A DNA stretch of 24,302 nucleotides, from the NCBI GenBank assembly GCA_041288045.1, contig JBGGMM010000025.1:1-24302 (forward strand), in the 5' to 3' direction. Both the position numbers and the translations under genes were made by a program. Below the pieces are notes generated by a model, which worked only from the letters and a program-made list of their open reading frames with translations, did no database searches and was not told the DNA's origin. This DNA comes from Pseudobdellovibrionaceae bacterium. Lineage in GTDB: Bacteria > Bdellovibrionota > Bdellovibrionia > Bdellovibrionales > Bdellovibrionaceae. Positions 1 through 6,643 of this stretch are shown in pieces. Every line of letters starts with the position of its first letter. The first letter of the stretch is position 1.

Positions 1-1
1 T

Positions 2-1003
2 CGCTGGGAGAAAACTTTTGACGGTCTCAGAGATCCGATCGCCATTGTCGATTTGGATTATGAAGTTTTAAGATCCAATAAAAAATTCAACGACAAAGTG
101 ATCAAGAAGAAATGCTTTGAAAGCTTTGCGAAAAGCTCTTCGGTTTGCGAAGGCTGCCCAGTTCAACAAGCGATTGCGACCGGAGAACCACAAAAGGGCC
201 AAATCCGAGTGGACTCAAAAATTTTCGAAGTCCATTCTTATCCGATTTTGCTTGAGAACGGATCGCAAGTGACCAACGTTGTGAACCAGTATGTGGATAT
301 CACTCAATCCCGAGAGCTTTATTTGCGAATGCTGCAAAGTGAAAAAATGGAAGCCATTGGCTTGCTCGCCGGGAACATTGCGCATGAGCTCAACAATCCT
401 CTCACTGGGCTTCGATCCTTAGCGCAAGTTTTGCTTTCGCAGACGCAAGAAGGCGGACTGCATTCTGATCTTTTGGAAATCGAGAAAGCCACAGCGAGAT
501 CTCAACAGATCATTCGCAATCTTTTGGATTTTTCCTGGGGAGGACCTCAGGTCAAACGCGATATCACTTTGGACGAAATCGTCAGTAAGACGATCCCGAT
601 GCTCAAAGCCGTTATGCGAGTGCACCGTCAGGAATTTGATTTTGAAGCTCAATCCGCCTTGATATCGGTTGAGCCGCATCTCATACAGCAAGTGGTGTTC
701 AATCTGGTGAACAATGCCTGTCAGGCAATGAAAGAGCCAGGGGTTTTGACTGTCACCACATCCATCCTTGATGGGCAGGCCATTCTTTGCGTCGGGGATA
801 CGGGACCGGGGATTCCGGAAAATTTGAAAGAAAAAATATTTGAGCCTTTTTTCACAACCAAAAAAGAAGGCCTCGGAACAGGCTTGGGGCTCAGTCTCAC
901 AAAAAAAATTGTCGAAAGCTTTGGTGGTGTCATTCGCTTGAAATCAGAATCAGGTCAGGGAGCTTTGTTTGAGGTTTCTTTTCCGATCAAGGGGAATTCA
1001 TAA
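2..1003 (+). CDS. PAS-domain sensor histidine kinase (NtrB-like), 5' end outside the window
   Basis: The frame is open back to base 2 (RWEKTFDGLRDPIAIVDLDY, a PAS-type start). H-box IAHELNNPL, N-box NLVNNACQA, G1 DTGPGIP, F-box FEPFFTTK, G2 GTGLGL. Confidence 0.93.
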   Translation, partial: RWEKTFDGLRDPIAIVDLDYEVLRSNKKFNDKVIKKKCFESFAKSSSVCEGCPVQQAIATGEPQKGQIRVDSKIFEVHSYPILLENGSQVTNVVNQYVDITQSRELYLRMLQSEKMEAIGLLAGNIAHELNNPLTGLRSLAQVLLSQTQEGGLHSDLLEIEKATARSQQIIRNLLDFSWGGPQVKRDITLDEIVSKTIPMLKAVMRVHRQEFDFEAQSALISVEPHLIQQVVFNLVNNACQAMKEPGVLTVTTSILDGQAILCVGDTGPGIPENLKEKIFEPFFTTKKEGLGTGLGLSLTKKIVESFGGVIRLKSESGQGALFEVSFPIKGNS

Positions 1004-1366
1004 ATGAAAAGAATTCTGATTATTGATGACGAGCCTTTAGTCCGAAGGTCCCTGCGCCGGGCTCTAGAGAGCAAGGGCTTTCAGATTTTCGAAGCCGCCG
1101 ACGGCAAGCTGGGATTGCAGGTTTGGCAGAATGAATTGCCGGATTTGGTGTTTTTAGACATTCTGATGCCGGGATTGACAGGTCCGCAGGTTCTCTCAGA
1201 AATTTCAGTTTCAATTCGAGAAAAATGCAAAGTCATTTTGATTTCGGCTTATTCAGGTGAATACAGTTTGGACTCTGCCAAAAGTCTGGGAGCGGATCAT
1301 TTTATTCCAAAGCCATTTGAAGATATTTTTGGAATTGTGAGAATCGTTTCTGAAATGCTAAACTGA
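1004..1366 (+). CDS. Single-domain response regulator (CheY-like receiver)
   Basis: ILIIDDE, phospho-acceptor LDILMP, ISA and IPKPF motifs. It starts immediately after the kinase stop codon. Confidence 0.93.
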   Translation: MKRILIIDDEPLVRRSLRRALESKGFQIFEAADGKLGLQVWQNELPDLVFLDILMPGLTGPQVLSEISVSIREKCKVILISAYSGEYSLDSAKSLGADHFIPKPFEDIFGIVRIVSEMLN

Positions 1367-1371
1367 TTGAT

Positions 1372-1791
1372 ATGTCAGCACCTAAGATCAAATCTCCGCC
1401 AACGGAAGCCAGTGGGAAACCCTCAAGCGACAGCTCTCAAGTTCGCCGAGTTTCTCCTTACCCAATTGATGTTTCAATTTTTAAAGTTGAGGGACAGCCC
1501 CCAGCTCGAGCTCAAATTGTGAAAATGACAGAAATCGGTTTTTTAATAAAGGCCGATGAAACTCAGTTTTATAAAGTTGGCGAAAATTATACGGCCCATT
1601 TTGAAATTCCTGTGACAGGCGAGTCCGTGAAAGTGTCTGTGAAAGTAGTGAAAACTTACGACGCCATGGAAATGGCCAATAAATCCGAAAAAACAAAAAT
1701 GCGAACCATTGAAATGCATTTCAAGACAATCTCGGATCGGGATCGCGGTCATATTAACACTTATCTTGTCAAAAGCGGTCAGAGGAAATAA
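1372..1791 (+). CDS. PilZ-like domain protein with degenerate c-di-GMP motifs
   Basis: PilZ-type layout (RRVSPYPI ... KMTEIGF ... VKVVK ... EMHF ... DRGHINTYL), but the RxxxR and D/NxSxxG motifs are not intact. Confidence 0.6.
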   Translation: MSAPKIKSPPTEASGKPSSDSSQVRRVSPYPIDVSIFKVEGQPPARAQIVKMTEIGFLIKADETQFYKVGENYTAHFEIPVTGESVKVSVKVVKTYDAMEMANKSEKTKMRTIEMHFKTISDRDRGHINTYLVKSGQRK

Positions 1792-1803
1792 GACAGGGAT
1801 GAT

Positions 1804-2358
1804 ATGAGAATCATCTCTGGCAAATACCGGGGGCACCAGCTGGTGTCTTTTTCTGCGGACCACATTCGGCCCACCACGGATCGAGTGAAGGAAAGTCTTT
1901 TCAATATGATTCAAGGATCGGTCGATGGGGCTCGGGTTTTGGATCTTTTTTCTGGTACTGGCAACCTGGGGCTTGAAGCTCTTTCCCGGGGAGCTGCGAG
2001 TGTTTTGTTTGTCGAAAAAAGCCGAAAATCCATTCAGATCCTGGAAAAAAATTTGGCGAAATTGAAAGTCAGCGAGCCTTATCAAATTCTTCAAAAAGAT
2101 GTGATCAGCTTCCTTCAGAACTATCAAGGGGAGCCCTTTGATTTGATTTTCGCCGATCCGCCCTTCACCGAAGCCATGGCTCATGACGTCATGTTGGCGG
2201 CAGACGGCTCTAGAGCATTCCATCCACAGACCCTGATGATGATCGAATCAGCGCGCCGAGAGAAGATTTTAGACGACTATCCTCACCTCAGTCGCTATGA
2301 TGAGCGCGAATTTGGGGACAAGGTCCTCTCTTTCTTTCAAAAGAAAACTGAAAGCTAA
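1804..2358 (+). CDS. rsmD: 16S rRNA (guanine966-N2)-methyltransferase
   Basis: MRIISGKYRG, RPTTDRVKESLF, LDLFSGTG, EALSRGA and DPPF motifs. It lies directly upstream of coaD, a common arrangement. Confidence 0.96.
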   Translation: MRIISGKYRGHQLVSFSADHIRPTTDRVKESLFNMIQGSVDGARVLDLFSGTGNLGLEALSRGAASVLFVEKSRKSIQILEKNLAKLKVSEPYQILQKDVISFLQNYQGEPFDLIFADPPFTEAMAHDVMLAADGSRAFHPQTLMMIESARREKILDDYPHLSRYDEREFGDKVLSFFQKKTES

Positions 2359-2375
2359 AAACTGAGAACTAAAAA

Positions 2376-2861
2376 ATGAAAACGGCGATTTATCCTGGAA
2401 GCTTTGATCCAATCACGCTTGGTCATGTGGACATCATTGAGCGCATTTCAAAAATGTTCGACCAGGTGATCGTGCTTGTTTCCGAATCGCCGCAAAAGAG
2501 TCACCTCTTCAATAGCAGCGAGAGAAAAGAACTGGTTCAAAAAACCCTCTCGCATTTGAAAAATGTGTCTGTCGATATTCATGAAGGCCTGACTGTTGAT
2601 TATTTGAAATCGAAGAATGCCAAGGTCATCGTGCGCGGTCTTCGAGCTGTGGTGGATTTCGAATATGAGATGACCATGGCGAATATCAATAAAAAATTGG
2701 ATCCGTCCTTAGAGACAATTTTGGTTTTTGCCAATCCCAATTACTATTACGTCTCTTCACGGGGAGTGAAAGAAGTCGCCAAGTACGGAGGCTCTCTGGA
2801 AGGTCTCGTGCCTGAGAGCGTGCAAGAACCCTTGAAACAAAAACTCAAAGCGGGGAATTAA
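2376..2861 (+). CDS. coaD: Phosphopantetheine adenylyltransferase
   Basis: YPGSFDPITLGH, RGLR, DFEYE and SSRGVKE motifs. Confidence 0.97.
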   Translation: MKTAIYPGSFDPITLGHVDIIERISKMFDQVIVLVSESPQKSHLFNSSERKELVQKTLSHLKNVSVDIHEGLTVDYLKSKNAKVIVRGLRAVVDFEYEMTMANINKKLDPSLETILVFANPNYYYVSSRGVKEVAKYGGSLEGLVPESVQEPLKQKLKAGN

Positions 2862-4093
2862 TGGAACTTTCAAAAAGAGCCCAAGTCTTAAAACCTTCTC
2901 CAACTTTGGCCATGGCCAACAAAGCCCGTGAGCTGAGCGCCAAGGGACATGATGTGGTTTCACTGACTGTCGGTGAACCCGATTGGCCGACTTTTGATTG
3001 CGCCAATCAAGCAGCCATTAAGGCGATCGAAGAGGGATTTACCAAATACACAGCTGCTGCCGGCATCCCGGAGCTTCGAGCCGAGATTGCAAAGCAAATC
3101 ACGGCTGATCTCAAAATCCCCTACACGGCCAACCAAACGATTGTCGCTTCCGGTGCGAAATTTGTGATCTACGCGCTTTTGCAGATGTTGGTGAATGAGG
3201 GCGATGAAGTGCTTGTGCCTTCGCCTTACTGGGTGAGCTATCCAACCATGGCAGAACTCGCGGGCGCCCAAGTGAAAATCATTGAGTGTGGAATTGAGAA
3301 GAATTTCAAATTAACGCCACAGGATCTTGAAAAGAGCATCACACCTAAAACCAAAGTGATTATTTTTTCAAGCCCCAGCAATCCCACCGGACTTTTGTAT
3401 TCGAAACAAGAATGGAAAGCTCTGGCAGATGTTCTTAAAAAATATCCGCAAGTCACAGTTCTTTCCGACGATATTTACGACAAGCTCGTTTACCAATCGA
3501 AAAAAGAATTGTTAGTGCAAGGCCAAGAGGGTGTTTGGAGATCCCCGCACATTCTCGATGTGGCTCCAGAAATGCGGGAGCAAGTTGTGATCATCAATGG
3601 AGCTTCGAAAACTTTCTCCATGACCGGCTGGCGAGTGGGCTGGGCTTTGGGACCCGAAAAGCTGATGAAAGTTACAGCCGATTTCTTGAGCCAATCCACT
3701 TCGAACGTGACCAGCATTTCGCAAAAGGCGGCACTGGCAGCATTGCAGAAGGGCCATCAAGAACTCAAAACAGCAGTGCTAAAACTGGAAACCAAAAAAA
3801 ATCGCCTGCAAACCAAATTTGAATCTCTCCAGCACTTCAAAGTGATTCCGCCAGAGGGCGCTTTTTACTTTTGGGTGAAGGTCGATTCTCTTTTCGGCAA
3901 AAAATTTGCGGGCGTAACGATCAAAAATTCGAAAGATCTTGCAGAAGTTCTTTTGGAAAAATTGTTCGTGGCCACAGTGCCTGGAGTTGAATTCGGAGCT
4001 GAGGGCTATTTGCGTCTCAGTATCGCCGCTTCGGATGTGCAGCTCGATAAAGCTGTCGAGCGATTTCAGAAATTGGAAGCCGAACTGGTTTGA
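2861..4093 (+). CDS. aspC: PLP-dependent class I (aspartate) aminotransferase
   Basis: GEPD, PYWVSY, SPSNPTG, SDDIY, SKTFSMTGWRVG (PLP lysine) and LRLS motifs. TAATG overlap with coaD. Confidence 0.9.
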   Translation: MELSKRAQVLKPSPTLAMANKARELSAKGHDVVSLTVGEPDWPTFDCANQAAIKAIEEGFTKYTAAAGIPELRAEIAKQITADLKIPYTANQTIVASGAKFVIYALLQMLVNEGDEVLVPSPYWVSYPTMAELAGAQVKIIECGIEKNFKLTPQDLEKSITPKTKVIIFSSPSNPTGLLYSKQEWKALADVLKKYPQVTVLSDDIYDKLVYQSKKELLVQGQEGVWRSPHILDVAPEMREQVVIINGASKTFSMTGWRVGWALGPEKLMKVTADFLSQSTSNVTSISQKAALAALQKGHQELKTAVLKLETKKNRLQTKFESLQHFKVIPPEGAFYFWVKVDSLFGKKFAGVTIKNSKDLAEVLLEKLFVATVPGVEFGAEGYLRLSIAASDVQLDKAVERFQKLEAELV

Positions 4094-4116
4094 CCTGCGG
4101 CAAATCTGTACTCTGA

Positions 4117-4144
4117 CTATCGTCTGTTTATAGGCAGACGATAG
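4117..4144. repeat. Inverted repeat (10-bp perfect stem, 8-nt loop) between convergent genes
   Basis: CTATCGTCTG (4117-4126) and CAGACGATAG (4135-4144). It extends imperfectly to ~4106-4155 with G-U pairs on the + strand. No U-tract follows. Confidence 0.8.
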
Positions 4145-4267
4145 CTTGAGTGTGTGGTGATCATTTCGTGTCTGCATCCGTGCAATCGGGGCAGGCCTGC
4201 AAAAAATGCTGCAGCGTTTTCTGAACGTTTGGGTAATTTCGGAATTGCAAGCGATGCTAAATATTTA

Positions 4268-4651
4268 TTATTTTCCGTCGTGACTTTCTGTTTTCAAATA
4301 ATTTGAAGAGCAACCACCGATTCCATTATTCGCCATCATGTCGAATCCTGTGTCTTTGACTTCATAGGGGTAAACGTTATCACTCATTCCGTCTGAACCT
4401 TGCTTGTTCAGTTTTAGAGTTTGGAGGATCTTTCCGTGTTTTCCAACGAGTTCAAAAATACCGGCATCTTTGATTTGGAAGCTGACGTTTCTGATCACTT
4501 TTTTTTCTCCAAGTGCCTCTTGGTAGGTCAAAGTTGATTTTGTCATGCTGTAGGTTGATTGCACGAAGGGCTCTGTGAAGTTGCATCTGATAATGTCGGC
4601 TTGGCTGATCGAAGTGCCAAGCAAGAGGCCCGCGATAATTGTTTTTTTCAT
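4268..4651 (-). CDS. Small secreted hypothetical protein
   Basis: Sec-type signal MKKTIIAGLLLGTSISQA, SD AAGGAG upstream, two Cys in the mature part. No family recognised. Confidence 0.8.
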   Translation of the reverse strand: MKKTIIAGLLLGTSISQADIIRCNFTEPFVQSTYSMTKSTLTYQEALGEKKVIRNVSFQIKDAGIFELVGKHGKILQTLKLNKQGSDGMSDNVYPYEVKDTGFDMMANNGIGGCSSNYLKTESHDGK

Positions 4652-4664
4652 ATCTTTTACTCCT

Positions 4665-4745
4665 TTAGGGTTGTGTTGAACTCTTCGACGAGTCCCAATT
4701 TTGGGCTGGAGAGAGGAGGCCTTGATTGGTTTTCGTCGTTTTCAT
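4665..4745 (-). CDS. Candidate 26-aa upstream ORF (MKTTKTNQGLLSPAQNWDSSKSSTQP)
   Basis: ATG preceded by AAGGA. Its TAA stop overlaps the AAGGAG SD of the 4651 gene. Too short for the ORF track. Confidence 0.3.
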   Translation of the reverse strand: MKTTKTNQGLLSPAQNWDSSKSSTQP

Positions 4746-4763
4746 CTCAAGTTATCCTTTGAG

Positions 4764-4779
4764 AGCAAAAGTCGTGCAG
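4764..4779 (-). promoter_or_regulatory. Sigma54-like -24/-12 element (imperfect)
   Basis: The minus strand reads CTGCACGACTTTTGCT versus consensus TGGCACG-N4-TTGCW. Spacing is correct, but the conserved GG is TG. Confidence 0.3.
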
Positions 4780-4920
4780 TGATTGTGGGTAATCTTTTCC
4801 TGGACATTGGTCTTTAATTGGAAGGCTTTCGTCTAGATCCTTGGTCTTTCTGGGGGTCTTGCTGGTCCGCAGGCCTGTAAGTTTCTACACTGAAAGAGAG
4901 TTCTTCCAAGGAGGATTCCT

Positions 4921-5724
4921 GTGACATTCTGGGGGCTTGTGCAAGTTTTTGTGGATTTGAGTCTGCTCACTTCGGCGGGTTTTATGTGGGTGAAATTGCA
5001 TCGACCCGCGAAAGATGACCCGCGCATGAGTCGGGGGCTGCAGCTACTTCAAAGCAAAATTTCTGTTCTCGAGGATTTAAGTGATCGCACGGAGACTCAG
5101 GTCACGCAACTGACCACTTTGATGGAACAGAAATGCAGGGACATCCAAAACATCATTTTCCAAGCCGAGAAGCAGATTCAGAAAATTGAAGCGGCAATGG
5201 GAAAAAGTTTGGAAGTCGCCAAGATTTTCCAAGACAAAATCCCGCATCAAGAAATCATCGAAAGACAAAACACGATTAAGTACGTCAAAGCCGCACGCAT
5301 GGCCCATCAAGGTGCCGGAATTGATGCGATCGCAGCGCAAGTGGATCTGTCTCGGGGCGAAATCGAATTCATTGCCAAAGTGAACCGCGATCAATTGCAA
5401 TTTTCAGAAGAAGAGCTGCCAGCATGGGCAAAAGAAGAAGCTCTCGCGCAGAAAGTGAATTCAGCAGATGAACTTTTGCAGCCCCTGATCCAAAAGCCCA
5501 CAGCTTCGCAAAATGCGGGAGCTCATGATGCTCTCTCCAGTTTGGGAGCTCAATTTCGTCAAGCCATGCAACCAACAGCTGCCGTTGTCACGCCACCACC
5601 TCAGGCTCCAGTGCCAGTGGCTGCAGTTGCGAAAAAGTCCACTCAACCTATGTCCTCGAATGATGCCGGAGTTGTGAAAAAAGTTATTTTCCCGAAGATC
5701 GAGGCCAACAACAATTTGGGGTGA
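4921..5724 (+). CDS. Membrane-anchored coiled-coil protein with DUF2802-like HTH motif
   Basis: GTG start with SD AAGGAGG, N-terminal TM, coiled coil, ARMAHQGAGIDAIAAQVDLSRGEIEFIAK motif, Pro/Ala-rich tail. Confidence 0.7.
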   Translation: MTFWGLVQVFVDLSLLTSAGFMWVKLHRPAKDDPRMSRGLQLLQSKISVLEDLSDRTETQVTQLTTLMEQKCRDIQNIIFQAEKQIQKIEAAMGKSLEVAKIFQDKIPHQEIIERQNTIKYVKAARMAHQGAGIDAIAAQVDLSRGEIEFIAKVNRDQLQFSEEELPAWAKEEALAQKVNSADELLQPLIQKPTASQNAGAHDALSSLGAQFRQAMQPTAAVVTPPPQAPVPVAAVAKKSTQPMSSNDAGVVKKVIFPKIEANNNLG

Positions 5725-5728
5725 TCCC

Positions 5729-5962
5729 ATGAAAGAATTTTTGCAGAACCTGCAAAAAGGTCAGCCGATCTCTGTGAATGTGATCGAAGTGCAGATCGAT
5801 CGACAGATTCTCGTCAGTTACAGAGGCGAACTCTTTCGAGTGAAAAACACTTCTGGCCGACGATTCAATATTGGCGAAAAAGTGATCCTAGTGGTGACGC
5901 AAAAAAATCCATTGGAGTTCTCTTTGGCTGGAGAGCAAAGGCTTTTTTCGCGAATCGTTTGA
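5729..5962 (+). CDS. Small hypothetical protein (beta-rich, possibly OB-fold-like)
   Basis: ATG 4 nt after the upstream stop. It fills the gap to the convergent gene and has alternating hydrophobic strands. Confidence 0.7.
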   Translation: MKEFLQNLQKGQPISVNVIEVQIDRQILVSYRGELFRVKNTSGRRFNIGEKVILVVTQKNPLEFSLAGEQRLFSRIV

Positions 5963-5971
5963 GCTGTTTTC

Positions 5972-6505
5972 TTATTTGGCGCTTTCTTTGATAAACAAAG
6001 TCATGTGGTGCTTCACCACAGCTTGTGAGCGCACGGTCTGCCCTTCAAAAGTCCAAGTCAATTCATTGAATGGTCCGAACTTGGCCTCGAGCACATGCTC
6101 TTCCATCATGGGAGCTGCGGTGTTGGAGACTGATGGAATTTGTGAAGGCATGTAATTGGGGCCAATGAAATTAAAGCGAATGCTGATTTGACCTGGGGCT
6201 TTGAGGGCAAAAATCATTTTAAAGCCATTTCGAAACAACATGAAATCAGCATGTGTTTTGGCGATTCCGTAAATCTTGATTCTGCCAAGAGGGGAAGCTT
6301 TCAATTCGTTGAAGGCAGTGGCGGCTTCAATGAACTCAGTTTTCAGCTGCTGCAAATAATTGAGGCTTTCTTGAACCAAAAGGCGATCGGTGTCCGTGCC
6401 AGAGCCCATATCCACCAGTCCGGATTCTTCCATTTGCTCCTCAGCTTTGACGAGCTCGCGAATCCAACCAATTCGATCCTGAAGTCGGTCATTCAACTTT
6501 TCCAT
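5972..6505 (-). CDS. Hypothetical cytoplasmic protein (177 aa)
   Basis: ATG at 6505 preceded by SD GAGGGGG, preferred over the ORF-track start at 6544. No motif recognised. Confidence 0.8.
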   Translation of the reverse strand: MEKLNDRLQDRIGWIRELVKAEEQMEESGLVDMGSGTDTDRLLVQESLNYLQQLKTEFIEAATAFNELKASPLGRIKIYGIAKTHADFMLFRNGFKMIFALKAPGQISIRFNFIGPNYMPSQIPSVSNTAAPMMEEHVLEAKFGPFNELTWTFEGQTVRSQAVVKHHMTLFIKESAK

Positions 6506-6525
6506 GGACACCCCCTCAATCTTTA

Positions 6526-6554
6526 AGTTTTTCGAGCCCAACAAGGCTTGTCAA
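6526..6554 (-). promoter_or_regulatory. Sigma70-like promoter for the 6505 gene
   Basis: TTGACA-N17-AAAACT: perfect -35, weak -10. Confidence 0.45.
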
Positions 6555-6581
6555 TAGAGGGAGAGTGGAAACAGGGCCAGC

Positions 6582-6640
6582 AGGGTGCCTTTCTCTTTTT
6601 CCTTCACGCAGTGCGTGAAGGAAAAAGAGAAAGGCACCCT
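6582..6640. repeat. Perfect 59-bp palindrome (28-bp arms, AGT spacer)
   Basis: AGGGTGCCTTTCTCTTTTTCCTTCACGC (6582-6609) is the exact reverse complement of GCGTGAAGGAAAAAGAGAAAGGCACCCT (6613-6640). Confidence 0.97.
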
Positions 6641-6643
6641 CTC

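Noticed and set aside
1543..2223. 226-aa minus-strand ORF and other antisense ORFs over rsmD, aspC, cpoB, chrA and uup
   Set aside because: They lie opposite well-supported conserved genes and carry no recognisable motifs.
6582..6640. Ordinary intrinsic terminator or CRISPR repeat
   Set aside because: No U-tract follows the stem on either strand, the stem is far longer than typical, and it is a single copy with no spacers or cas genes.
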